Shown: positions 9,399 through 18,416, numbered from the stretch's first letter. The stretch is 64,000 bases of DNA from Verrucomicrobiota bacterium (GCA_035437945.1 DAOMZG010000002.1:1020-65019); one strand, 5' to 3'. Program-made: numbers and translations. The notes: generated by a model from the sequence alone, not told the origin.

Positions 9399-10250
9399 TC
9401 ACGATCGTAATCTCAAATATAGCTCGACCAATCCACGTTCCGCGCCCCAGCCGGCCGCCAGAATGAGGACGGCCGCAATCAAGGGCGCAAAGTCTAGCTT
9501 TCCCAGTTGCAAGGGCAGCCAGCGCAAGGGCCGCAGGAGCACGCCACCGACTTGATGAACAAAATCCCAAAATGGATGAGTTCCCAAGTAGACGTACGTG
9601 TTAACGAGCCGCAGAACGAGCAATCCGGCGAAAAGCCAGCGGGCAGAGACCCAGATGCCTGCCGCGATCAAAAGGGATTGGCGGATGAGCAATTCAGGGG
9701 TTGGCGCGGCCGGCAAAACTCCGAGCCAGGCCAACGGCCAGCGCCCCAGATACCACCAGCAGCCGCCAACGAGTGGTGGTAAAAACAGCGCCACAACCAC
9801 GGGCCAACGGGCGAGCGGTCCCAGCGTTTCTTGGAAGAATCGATTCCAGGGTCCAGGCTCTCGACACCCCCGGACAAGCGTCGACAGCAGCAAGACCCAG
9901 AATAAGAAAATCAGCGTCGTCCAAGAAAAGCTCACCAGGGAAAACGTCAGGAGCCGGCTAAAGTAATCGGGCCGAAACGGAACACTGGCGGGGGTCGGAG
10001 ACCATTCGGGAATCGTACCCGTGATTTCCGCCAGCGGCGCATAGAGCAGTGGTCGCAAGACGAGCAGCGCCACGAGAATGGCGAGCGGTTTCCAACGCGC
10101 CGTGGCGCGTTGATCCGCGGGTTTCAGGTTGCCCAGGAGCGTCCCCGCACGTTGAACCGGTGGCCGCGCTCCGACGCCCAGTACGGACAACCCTAAAACC
10201 AGTGCCGCCAAGTCGAACAAAAAATTTATGACGGGCATGGCGCGAGACAA
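9399..10250 (-). CDS. Polytopic membrane protein, YggT-like at the C-terminus
   Basis: Multiple hydrophobic spans. The C-terminal LRPLRWLPLQLGKLDFAPLIAAVLIL resembles the YggT signature. Lies next to the yggU-like gene as in the yggT-yggU synteny. Confidence 0.5.
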   Translation of the reverse strand: MSRAMPVINFLFDLAALVLGLSVLGVGARPPVQRAGTLLGNLKPADQRATARWKPLAILVALLVLRPLLYAPLAEITGTIPEWSPTPASVPFRPDYFSRLLTFSLVSFSWTTLIFLFWVLLLSTLVRGCREPGPWNRFFQETLGPLARWPVVVALFLPPLVGGCWWYLGRWPLAWLGVLPAAPTPELLIRQSLLIAAGIWVSARWLFAGLLVLRLVNTYVYLGTHPFWDFVHQVGGVLLRPLRWLPLQLGKLDFAPLIAAVLILAAGWGAERGLVELYLRLRS

Positions 10251-10292
10251 CTGGGAAGCCGGCGCTATGCCATAACAAATGAATTCAACCCG

Positions 10293-11192
10293 TCACATCA
10301 TTTTCAACAACGCGTCCGCCATGTCACTCGGAGTAGCGGCGATGCCAATGCCAGCGGCCTTGAAGGCGGCGATTTTGGCCGCGGCCGTGCCTTTGCCGCC
10401 GCTGACAATCGCTCCGGCATGTCCCATGCGGCGTCCGGGTGGCGCAGTCGCGCCTGCAATAAATCCCGCGACTGGTTTGGTTCCGTGTTTGGCGATCCAT
10501 TCCGCTGCCTCTTCTTCCGCAGAACCGCCAATTTCACCAATCATGATAATCCCTTTGGTCTCCGGGTCGGCCATGAACAATTGAATCACATCGAGGTGAG
10601 AGGTCCCGTTCACCGGATCGCCGCCAATCCCTACACACGTGCTCTGGCCCACTCCGCGGACGGTGAGCTGATAAACTGCTTCGTAGGTCAAGGTGCCTGA
10701 ACGACTCACCACTCCGACGGGGCCACGTTTGTGAATGTATCCGGGAGCGATTCCGATGCGGCATCCTCCGTGACTATCCTGGCCTTCCCCGGGAGTGACC
10801 ACCCCGGGACAATTGGGGCCGATGAGTCGAGTTCGGGCGCCTTGCATTGCGCGTTTGGCGCGGACCATGTCGTTGACCGGAATGCCTTCGGTGATGGCCA
10901 CTACTAAGTCGAGGCCCGCGTCCACGCCTTCGAGAATTGCGTCCGCCGCGAATGGGGGCGGCACGAAGACGGCACTGGCCGTGGCGCCCGTTTGCTTCAC
11001 CGCATCGGCGACGGTGTCAAAGATCGGAACTTTGGCGCCTTTGTGCTCGAAAACCTGGCCTCCTTTGCCGGGGGTAACTCCGGCAACGACTTGGGTTCCG
11101 TATTCGAGCGAAAGTTGGGCGTGCCTCGCACCGAACGCGCCGGTGATTCCTTGGATGAGGACTTTGGTTTGGGGTGTGACGAGGATGGACAT
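10293..11192 (-). CDS. sucD: Succinate--CoA ligase subunit alpha
   Basis: Near full-length match by eye to SucD ([24 protein letters not shown]). Confidence 0.95.
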   Translation of the reverse strand: MSILVTPQTKVLIQGITGAFGARHAQLSLEYGTQVVAGVTPGKGGQVFEHKGAKVPIFDTVADAVKQTGATASAVFVPPPFAADAILEGVDAGLDLVVAITEGIPVNDMVRAKRAMQGARTRLIGPNCPGVVTPGEGQDSHGGCRIGIAPGYIHKRGPVGVVSRSGTLTYEAVYQLTVRGVGQSTCVGIGGDPVNGTSHLDVIQLFMADPETKGIIMIGEIGGSAEEEAAEWIAKHGTKPVAGFIAGATAPPGRRMGHAGAIVSGGKGTAAAKIAAFKAAGIGIAATPSDMADALLKMM

Positions 11193-11239
11193 TTCAGCAG
11201 AAAATAAGTGGGGAGTGCTTAGCCGTAATGATTTGGTTC

Positions 11240-11311
11240 AACCACGAATGAACACTAATGAATCGCGATCAAAAACAAGCCTTGTGGGTGGGTTCGGATC
11301 CATTCGTAGTT
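11240..11311. repeat. Imperfect inverted repeat AACCACGAATG ... CATTCGTAGTT between the VOC gene and sucD
   Basis: Arms at 11240-11250 and 11301-11311 are reverse complements with one mismatch. The same core occurs as a perfect inverted pair at 53959/54082. Confidence 0.6.
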
Positions 11312-11340
11312 CTCCCGGTTTCTCACCGCCGGAATACCGC

Positions 11341-11718
11341 TCAGTGGTGGTTGGCGTTTCGCTTGTGAATGCACACGGTGCTGCCATCGGGATCGAGAAT
11401 GAAGGCCATTTGGCAAACCGGCGTGGGAAAAGGTTCCATCTTGAAGCGAACTTGATTTGCCTTGAGGTGGGCGATCGCCTCGTCGAAATCCTCGACTTCG
11501 AGGGCCACACAGCAGCCATCGGGACTCGGATTCCAACCAGGGGCCGAGCCGAGGGAGAGCGTGGTCGCACCGACGTCATACTCGACCCACTGCATGCCAC
11601 CCGGCTCCCCGACAACCATGGTCGGCTTCAGCCCCAAGATGCCCTCATAAAAGGCCCGGGTGCGGGCCATGTCGGTTACCGGGTAACAACTGAACGCGAT
11701 TTCAGTAGCGCGGATCAT
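11341..11718 (-). CDS. VOC (glyoxalase/bleomycin-resistance/dioxygenase) family protein
   Basis: 125 aa. The N-terminal pattern YPVTDMARTRAFYEGILGL and the C-terminal ILDPDG are typical of small VOC proteins. Confidence 0.75.
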   Translation of the reverse strand: MIRATEIAFSCYPVTDMARTRAFYEGILGLKPTMVVGEPGGMQWVEYDVGATTLSLGSAPGWNPSPDGCCVALEVEDFDEAIAHLKANQVRFKMEPFPTPVCQMAFILDPDGSTVCIHKRNANHH

Positions 11719-11805
11719 CGGAGTCTAAAATTTGAAATGAGGAGAGTTAGTGGCTTTCGACGGTCTGGGTCTGAAGATTTGGCGCCACAGGGATACAACG
11801 GCGAC

Positions 11806-13014
11806 TCAACCGGCAGCAACCGCCTTGACCACCTTTTGTGCGGCGTCGGCCATGGAGTCGCCGGTGATCAACGGTAGGCCGGACTGAGCTAGCGTTTGCT
11901 TGCCGGCAGCGACGTTGTTGCCTTCGAGCCGCACGACCAATGGGAGATTGAGCCCGGTCTCCTTGACCGCTTCCACGATGCCGGTCGCGATAATGTTGCA
12001 ATCCATGATGCCGCCGAAAATGTTGACCAGGATTCCCTTTACCGCGGCATCGCTGAGGATAATTCGGAAAGCCGCGGTTACTTGATCCTTGGAAGCGCCG
12101 CCTCCGACGTCGAGGAAGTTAGCGGGGCTGCCGCCAAAATGCTGGATGATGTCCATCGTCGACATCGCTAATCCGGCGCCGTTGACCAGACAGGCAATGT
12201 CACCGTCGAGCTTGATGTAGTTGAGGCTGAACTTGCTCGCTTCGACTTCGAGCGGGGATTCCTCGGCGAGGTCGCGCATCTCTTGGATGTCCTTGTGCCG
12301 ATACAGCGCGTTGTCATCCAGGCCGATCTTGGCATCCACGCAGACGATGGCTTCCTTGCCTTCCGGTGTTTCGACGATTGCCAGCGGATTGATTTCAACC
12401 ATCGACGCATCGCATTCCCACCAGGTTTTATACACGCCGGCAATCAGCTTGCAGGCCTGATTGAACACGTCGCCCTTGAGACCCAGCGCACTCGCGATCT
12501 TCCGGGCTTGGTACGGCATTAATCCTACCGCGGGATCGACGTGTTCTTTCAGAATCTTGTCCGGCGAATGGGCGGCGACTTCCTCAATGTCCATCCCTCC
12601 TTCCGTGCTGGCCATGATCAGCGGACGCGAATTAGCCCGGTCGAGCAGCACGGCCAGATAGAACTCTCGGAGAATCTTCTCCGCGGCGGCGACTAGAATC
12701 GTGCTAACGACTCGGCCCTCAGGTCCCGTCTGCTTCGTGACAAGAGTCTTGCCGAGCATATTCTCGGCGACACTGACGGCCTCTTCGACGGACTTCACCA
12801 ACTTGACGCCCCCTTGGAACCCGTGCTTGAACGTGCCTTTACCGCGGCCGCCCGCGTGAATCTGGGATTTGATCACCAGCAGTTTTTGGCCGGCGGCAAA
12901 AAGCCTCTCAGCGACGGCTTTAGCTTCAGCCACACTGTGACATGAGTCGCCCGGAGGCACGGCGACCCCGTATTGCTTCAGCAACTGTTTGGCCTGGTAT
13001 TCGTGGATGTTCAT
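11806..13014 (-). CDS. sucC: ADP-forming succinate--CoA ligase subunit beta
   Basis: MNIHEYQAKQLL start, ATP-grasp region, GGIMDCNIIA; full-length SucC. Confidence 0.95.
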   Translation of the reverse strand: MNIHEYQAKQLLKQYGVAVPPGDSCHSVAEAKAVAERLFAAGQKLLVIKSQIHAGGRGKGTFKHGFQGGVKLVKSVEEAVSVAENMLGKTLVTKQTGPEGRVVSTILVAAAEKILREFYLAVLLDRANSRPLIMASTEGGMDIEEVAAHSPDKILKEHVDPAVGLMPYQARKIASALGLKGDVFNQACKLIAGVYKTWWECDASMVEINPLAIVETPEGKEAIVCVDAKIGLDDNALYRHKDIQEMRDLAEESPLEVEASKFSLNYIKLDGDIACLVNGAGLAMSTMDIIQHFGGSPANFLDVGGGASKDQVTAAFRIILSDAAVKGILVNIFGGIMDCNIIATGIVEAVKETGLNLPLVVRLEGNNVAAGKQTLAQSGLPLITGDSMADAAQKVVKAVAAG

Positions 13015-13019
13015 GAAAT

Positions 13020-13424
13020 TTAGCGCAACTCGTCGAGGGACGACATCACCGGAAGGTCGGGGATGTCAAAAAAATGCGAGTCCAAGGTTAATACTGCGGC
13101 ACCAATTCGCCGGGCGCAGACGGCGATAATTAGGTCGGTTGAGGGCAGCGTCCACCCTTGACGGTCGAGCGTCCAGGCAAGGTGAGCCGCCTCGTCCCAC
13201 AGTCGGTTGTCCGTGGACGCGCAACACATCACGTTGAAGAATCCCTCCATCGCGTCCCTTGCCTTGGCCCGAACGATTCCACGCAGGACCTCCAACCGAA
13301 CCATCCCACAGGTCGCCAGATCCATCGTGCGGGCGCGTTGGCGGAGTTCGAGGGCGGGATCAAGTCCCCTCCGGAGAAGATCAATCAACACACTGCTGTC
13401 CACCATGACGGTGCGGACGCTCAT
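13020..13424 (-). CDS. vapC: PIN-domain ribonuclease toxin VapC
   Basis: VMVDSSVLIDLL start (first acidic residue) and the later TDLIIAV and LTLDSHF blocks. 4-nt overlap with the upstream small gene. Confidence 0.85.
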   Translation of the reverse strand: MSVRTVMVDSSVLIDLLRRGLDPALELRQRARTMDLATCGMVRLEVLRGIVRAKARDAMEGFFNVMCCASTDNRLWDEAAHLAWTLDRQGWTLPSTDLIIAVCARRIGAAVLTLDSHFFDIPDLPVMSSLDELR

Positions 13425-13681
13425 TTCCGGCGCCGGCGGTCGCTGGCCGCATAACCGGCGCCTCCGGTGCGGCGCGCGGCCAGGACGTCGTAATTTGGAT
13501 CCACGGCTCCACGAAGTTCAGCGGCGCTCAAACCCAGACCGGTGGTTCCGTAGGCGGCGAGTGCATGGCGCCGTTCGAGTTCGCGCAAAGCAAAATCGAC
13601 CGCCGCCGTCTTGCTCTCACACCCGTACATTGCAACGACCTTGTCGAGCAGCCCTTCGTCGATGTGCAATGTCATTTTCAT
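13421..13681 (-). CDS. vapB: VapB-type antitoxin
   Basis: 86 aa. MKMTLHIDEGLLDKV...KTAAVDFALRELERR is typical of DUF2191-type VapB antitoxins. ATGA overlap with vapC. Confidence 0.7.
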   Translation of the reverse strand: MKMTLHIDEGLLDKVVAMYGCESKTAAVDFALRELERRHALAAYGTTGLGLSAAELRGAVDPNYDVLAARRTGGAGYAASDRRRRK

Positions 13682-13765
13682 GCCATACCAAGTATGGCAT
13701 CGCTGGCGTCATGGCAATTAGATTCTGGGACACACCCATTGATACTAGGCCTCCCCAGTGACGAT

Positions 13766-14500
13766 TCACTCGATGGTGAACTGGGCATTGACCACGGAGG
13801 TAATGGTCTTGTCGGGGGCAGTGGTGTCGTTCATCCCGTCCCAACTGACCTCGCTGGAATGCAGGGGCGTAATCTGGAAGACCCCCATTCGGGCGGAGCG
13901 GAGTTCCTTCACCCGGCGGCCTCCTTCGCGGGCGATCTGATCGGCGCGCTGTCGAGCGTCACGGGTCGCTTCTGCCAGCATTTCGATCTTAGCATCCGCC
14001 GCGCCGGTGTAGACGAATTGGGGAGTCGTGGGGACGAACGCCACGCCGTCCTCGACCAGTGCCATGCTTGCTTGATCCAGGCCCAAAGTTCGAGCCACCT
14101 CGGGTGAGCGTATCTCGATGGTCTGCGATAGGCGGTATCCGGTCGTCGGTGAGTCAGATTCGCCAGCCCCACCCCGGTGCTTCAGCGGGGTGATGGCGAT
14201 GGACGAAACGATGGCGTTGGTGACCCCCTGTGTCGCGAGGAATGCCCCGACCTTAACGCGATTTACCTTGAGCGTGTTCTGCGCCTCAAGCAGGGACGCG
14301 GCTTCCGTGGAGAAACCGGCCCGCCAGATTATGAGGTCGGAGTGAACCGTTCGCCGTGATGAGCCCGTGACGCTGATCGTTTGGGGCTCTGCGACCTTAA
14401 GCCAAGCCCGCGTGACGACCATGGACGCGAGCACCAAACCGCCTGCGAGGAAGATTCCAGCCAGCAGGCCGAACAATTGCGGCCGCGATGGATTAGTCAT
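13766..14500 (-). CDS. SIMPL (DUF541) domain protein with N-terminal membrane anchor
   Basis: TM segment LFGLLAGIFLAGGLVLASMVV, then a SIMPL-like layout (ISVTGSS...; C-terminal VVNAQFTIE). Confidence 0.6.
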   Translation of the reverse strand: MTNPSRPQLFGLLAGIFLAGGLVLASMVVTRAWLKVAEPQTISVTGSSRRTVHSDLIIWRAGFSTEAASLLEAQNTLKVNRVKVGAFLATQGVTNAIVSSIAITPLKHRGGAGESDSPTTGYRLSQTIEIRSPEVARTLGLDQASMALVEDGVAFVPTTPQFVYTGAADAKIEMLAEATRDARQRADQIAREGGRRVKELRSARMGVFQITPLHSSEVSWDGMNDTTAPDKTITSVVNAQFTIE

Positions 14501-14506
14501 GCCCTC

Positions 14507-15667
14507 CTACCGCTGTTCCAGCGGAACGACCGCTAGTCCTACCGGTCCGGTGTACACGGACTGCGGGCGGATCAGTCGGTTGTCCGCGAGCTGCTCCAAG
14601 ACATGCGCCGTCCAGCCACTGGTGCGCGCGATCGCGAAGATAGGAGTGAACAAGTCGGTCGGAATGCCCAAGCTGTAATAGACCGTCGCGCTGTAGAAAT
14701 CCACGTTGGCGTGGAGGTTCTTCTTCGTGAGCATCAACTCAGCGATGCGCTCGGACATCTGAATCCATTTCGGTTCGCCGAGTTTCGCGGACAACACTTG
14801 CGCCATCCGCTTCAAATGCGGAGCCCGGGGATCCAGCACTTTGTACACGCGGTGCCCAATGCCCATAATCTTGCGCTTTTGGGCCAGGCTTTCGTCGACG
14901 TAGGCATCCACCTTCTCCAGCGAGCCGATTTCCTGGAGCATTTTGATAACGCCTTCGTTGGCGCCTCCGTGCAATGGACCTTTGAGCGTCCCAATCGCCG
15001 TCGTGATCGCCGAATACATATCGCTTAACGTGGCAATGGTTACTCGCGCACTGAAGGTTGAAGCATTCATCCCATGGTCAGCGTGCAGCACGTAACACAG
15101 ATCCATCGTGCTGGTTTTTTCTACCGACGGCTTCTCACCATCGACCATGTAGAGGAAATTGCCGGCCTCGCCGAGGGTTGGATCAGGATGGACCAGCGGC
15201 TTGCCCTGACGGGCGCGGTGAAAGTACGCGGTGACAACTGGAATCTGGGCAATGAGCCGGAGCCCCTTCCGGCGTTGGGCATCCATCGTGTCGTCGTCGG
15301 CCACCGTATCGTAGCAACCCAAGGCGCTGACCCCGGTGCGGATCGCGTGCATCGGAGGGCAGCTTTTCGGCAACTTCGTCAGCATCTCGATTACGCCTTG
15401 CGGCAGCTCCCGATACCCGGCGAGCGTCGCTTTGAGTTCGGCGAGCTCCTTCTGATTGGGCAGATGATTGTGGTAAAGCAGGTGCACGACCTCCTCGTAG
15501 CTGACCTTACCGGCGAGCTCATTGATGTCGTACCCACAGTAGATCAACTGGCCAATGTCACCGCGGACATCACTGAGACGGCTGTGGGCCGCCACGATTC
15601 CTTCTAGGCCTTTGGCAACGGCAGAAGGAGGCGCGACAAGATCGGGTTTAGGGGCAAGGGTGCTCAT
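14507..15667 (-). CDS. gltA: Citrate synthase (short, about 380-aa type)
   Basis: LHADHGMNASTF, GPLHGGANE and GHRVYK catalytic blocks. Confidence 0.9.
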   Translation of the reverse strand: MSTLAPKPDLVAPPSAVAKGLEGIVAAHSRLSDVRGDIGQLIYCGYDINELAGKVSYEEVVHLLYHNHLPNQKELAELKATLAGYRELPQGVIEMLTKLPKSCPPMHAIRTGVSALGCYDTVADDDTMDAQRRKGLRLIAQIPVVTAYFHRARQGKPLVHPDPTLGEAGNFLYMVDGEKPSVEKTSTMDLCYVLHADHGMNASTFSARVTIATLSDMYSAITTAIGTLKGPLHGGANEGVIKMLQEIGSLEKVDAYVDESLAQKRKIMGIGHRVYKVLDPRAPHLKRMAQVLSAKLGEPKWIQMSERIAELMLTKKNLHANVDFYSATVYYSLGIPTDLFTPIFAIARTSGWTAHVLEQLADNRLIRPQSVYTGPVGLAVVPLEQR

Positions 15668-16074
15668 TGAAAGATCACAGGCAACGGGCTTGAAGCCTGC
15701 TCAAGTCTCTTCCCAGACGTCGAGGCGTCAACGGATTTCCCAGCTTTTGGCCGATCTGGGACTTTTTTCTCTCTCCATGACCCATCAAACGGTAGGGATG
15801 GCGCGCTGCGCCGTCCCCGGCCCGGGCGGAGCTCCGGGCTGGCCTTCCGCAGTGACGCGTCGAATTCATCCATCGCGTTGTTGCGAATGGCCGCGCCTTT
15901 GCGCGAGGCCGCCGTAGCGCGGCAGCCCCACCCGGGGTCTTTGCCGCAGAGTGCGGCAGCCCCTTGGAGGTCGTGGCTCTCCCAGCGCCGGCTTCAACGC
16001 GACGGTTCGCCAGTTGGATTGACGCCCGAGACCGACCGTTGGCGGTCGCTAGGATCCCGGAACAGGTCCGCTGA

Positions 16075-16257
16075 CTACCAAGTCACCACCGAGTCGGCCT
16101 CAAAGATTTTGCTAACAGTTCCGGCGTAATCGGGTTCTGCCGCGACCCAATCAGCCACTTCCACCTGCGCCCCCGGCTGGGCCTGTAGGGCCTTGATCAG
16201 CTCCTGAGCGAATTCGTCCGGCGGAGAGACCACAATATGAAGCTGTCGGTGAGCCAT
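16075..16257 (-). CDS. Minimal TusB/DsrH-like protein (60 aa)
   Basis: The C-terminal DYAGTVSKIFEADSVVTW aligns residue for residue in spacing with the TusB tail DYTDFVRLTVKHPSQMAW. Packed 2 nt after the DsrF-like gene. Confidence 0.45.
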   Translation of the reverse strand: MAHRQLHIVVSPPDEFAQELIKALQAQPGAQVEVADWVAAEPDYAGTVSKIFEADSVVTW

Positions 16258-16259
16258 GG

Positions 16260-16610
16260 TTAGAAACGCATCACGTACGTGGCGGCCGACGTCAGTGTCA
16301 CCAGTTCGGCGTCGGAAATTTCGGCATACTTCACAGGCGATTCGCCAACCTCCGTCAGCTCGTGAGCGCCCCGTTGCACGTAAATCGGTCGCGGGAACTC
16401 TCCCACGATCGGCAAATACCGAGTGAAGTTGTCTTCGTCGATCAAGTCATCGGTGAATTCGCTCACCGCTCGGACTGCCGGTCCTCGCAAATAGAGAGTG
16501 ACTTCGGCCTTTTTCCAGGTGCCGACCCCTGCGGCGATTCGCACCGCCTCGGCCGGCCGAGCGCTCGTGCGCGGATCGCTGGTCACCAGAACAAGAAGTT
16601 TGGGTTGCAT
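16260..16610 (-). CDS. DsrF/TusC-like (DsrE/F family) protein
   Basis: KLLVLVTSDPRTSARPAEAVRIAAG is typical of the DsrE/DsrF fold. Middle gene of a three-gene tight cluster. Confidence 0.6.
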   Translation of the reverse strand: MQPKLLVLVTSDPRTSARPAEAVRIAAGVGTWKKAEVTLYLRGPAVRAVSEFTDDLIDEDNFTRYLPIVGEFPRPIYVQRGAHELTEVGESPVKYAEISDAELVTLTSAATYVMRF

Positions 16611-16613
16611 CGG

Positions 16614-16931
16614 TCAGTTGAAACTGATGAATCGATCCGTACCCGCGACCAGGTCGCTGACCACAGTTAGCCCCGCGAACGCCGCCGTGTCATCGACTGG
16701 GAGGTTACGTCGGTGGGCTCCGTAAGCGCACGCGTACAACTTCAGCCCCTGCGCCTTCAGCGCTTGAAACTCGGGTTGGCCTACGCCTGGAACCGCGTCG
16801 TCGATACAGTATGCATAAACGTCACACCCGGCCGAAAGCGCCGCCGCGGCCAGCCGGACCCCATGCTGGAACGAGGCACTCCCCGGTCGGGAAGAAATCA
16901 AGATCCCTAGTTTCTTACCCTGCGGCGACAT
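16614..16931 (-). CDS. DsrE/TusD-like protein
   Basis: KLGILISSRPGS..., and LYACAYGAHRRNL carries the conserved Cys position of DsrE/TusD. ATG 16931 chosen; the ORF-track start 17024 would nearly abut the upstream transporter. Confidence 0.65.
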   Translation of the reverse strand: MSPQGKKLGILISSRPGSASFQHGVRLAAAALSAGCDVYAYCIDDAVPGVGQPEFQALKAQGLKLYACAYGAHRRNLPVDDTAAFAGLTVVSDLVAGTDRFISFN

Positions 16932-17030
16932 GCGATTGGGAATAGCGAGTTTGCCCGCCAGAACCAAGCTTGCGATTCGCGTGTTCTCAAATGGCCGCGC
17001 AAATCCAATCGATGGATGCGGCACTCTAGC

Positions 17031-18416
17031 TCACATGGATTCCAGAGTGCGGCCCTTCGTTTCCTTAACGCTGCGCCAAACAAACCCGAACGACAGAATG
17101 GCAAACAGCGCATAGATGCCGTAGGCCGCCCAAAGTCCGATCCCTTGCAGTAACGGAGGGAACGTCGTGGAGACGATGAAATTGGCCACCCATTGGATGG
17201 CGGCGCACAAGGACAGCGCGGCGGCTCGGATTTGGTTGTTAAACATCTCCCCGAGCAACACCCACACCACGGGCCCCCAGGAGCAGCCGAAGAAGAAGAC
17301 GTAGGTGTTGGCGGCAACCAGGGCAGTGTGGCCAGCCCCGGACGTGAGGTGGGGCGCGCCGTCTGGCCCGACCGAGGCAGATCCAAAACACCAAGCCATC
17401 GTCACGAGACTGACTGCCATTCCAGCCGAGCCAAACAGGAGCAACGGACGCCGCCCCCAGCGATCGATCAACGCGATCGCGACCAGTGTTGTGCCAATGT
17501 TGATCGCGCCGGTAATCATGGAAACGTAGAGAGCCTTCTCCTCCCCGAACCCCACCGATTCCCACAGCACGCTGCTGTAGTAGAAGATTACGTTGATGCC
17601 GACGAACTGTTGAAAGATCGAAAGCGCCATCCCAACCCACACAATCGGCAGCAATCCTGTAGCGGCGCTGCGAAGATCCGAGAATCGGGGTGGATGTTCC
17701 TTACGGAGCGTCTTGCGGATCTCGCCGAGCGTTGCCTTCGCGCCCGAACCGAGAATTCTCTCCAGAATTGACTGCGCTTCCTCGTGACGGCCGGTCCGCA
17801 CCAAGTACCGCGGGGATTCCGGAATCAGCATGGCGCCGATTCCGTAGAGCAACGCGGCGGGGATCTCGGCCCAGAACATCCATCGCCAGGCGGTGGCGCC
17901 CAGCCACCATGGGCTCGACGCCGAGCCTGCCTGTCGCACGATCACATAGTTGGTCATCAGCGCAACGAAGATTCCGATAACTATGGCCAACTGCTGCAGT
18001 GAACCGAGTCGGCCGCGAAATTCGGGCGGGGCGACTTCCGCGATGTACGAGGGAGCGACGGCGCTGGCGAGTCCGACTCCAATGCCGCCGAGGACGCGCC
18101 AGAAGATGAAATCCCAAATGGTGATCGGCAGCCCCGAGCCAATGGCGCTGATCGTGAATAGGATCGCGGCAATGAGCATCGCCCTGATGCGTCCGTAACG
18201 GTCCGAGACCGCACCTGCGAGCAAGGCCCCTACGGCCGATCCGACCAACGCCAGCGACACCGAAAGGCCCACGAGCACCGGTCCGGCTTGGAAGTGTTGG
18301 CGGAGCGCGCTAATCGCTCCATTGATACAAGCCGTGTCGAAGCCGAAGAGGAATCCGCCAAGCGCGGCCACGGTGGCGATGAGTACGACGAAGCGGACGT
18401 TGGCAACTTGGGGCAC
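17031..18416 (-). CDS. MFS sugar porter (sugar:H+ symporter family)
   Basis: GFDTACINGA, DRYGRIR, PESPRYL and VKETKGRTLE motifs with a 12-TM pattern. Confidence 0.85.
   Translation of the reverse strand: MPQVANVRFVVLIATVAALGGFLFGFDTACINGAISALRQHFQAGPVLVGLSVSLALVGSAVGALLAGAVSDRYGRIRAMLIAAILFTISAIGSGLPITIWDFIFWRVLGGIGVGLASAVAPSYIAEVAPPEFRGRLGSLQQLAIVIGIFVALMTNYVIVRQAGSASSPWWLGATAWRWMFWAEIPAALLYGIGAMLIPESPRYLVRTGRHEEAQSILERILGSGAKATLGEIRKTLRKEHPPRFSDLRSAATGLLPIVWVGMALSIFQQFVGINVIFYYSSVLWESVGFGEEKALYVSMITGAINIGTTLVAIALIDRWGRRPLLLFGSAGMAVSLVTMAWCFGSASVGPDGAPHLTSGAGHTALVAANTYVFFFGCSWGPVVWVLLGEMFNNQIRAAALSLCAAIQWVANFIVSTTFPPLLQGIGLWAAYGIYALFAILSFGFVWRSVKETKGRTLESM

Noticed and set aside
10795-11877. 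A 360-aa plus-strand ORF, together with similar long ORFs at 4690-5382(-), 35095-36069(-), 44326-45006(-), 45426-46130(-), 50526-51305(-) and 56122-57102(-).
   Set aside because: All lie antisense to, or out of frame with, genes that have strong family signatures (sucD/VOC, rhodanese/pta, the heme-binding protein, the PSD protein, mcsA, PIG-L). Their translations are Arg/Pro/Gly/Ser-rich, low-complexity and typical of shadow ORFs in GC-rich DNA.
15739-15769. A hairpin CCCAG-(12 nt)-CTGGG followed by ACTTTTTTC, terminator-like on the plus strand.
   Set aside because: The stem is only 5-6 bp with a large loop, and there is no plus-strand gene upstream to terminate. It lies in the upstream region of the minus-strand citrate synthase.
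16932-17024. N-terminal extensions suggested by the ORF track (16614-17024, and likewise 39989-40945, 29751-, 43663-, 37794-38672, 4695-5243).
   Set aside because: Internal ATGs give proper signal peptides or the conserved family N-termini and remove overlaps with neighbouring genes. The extensions are Arg/Pro-rich and unlike real leaders.
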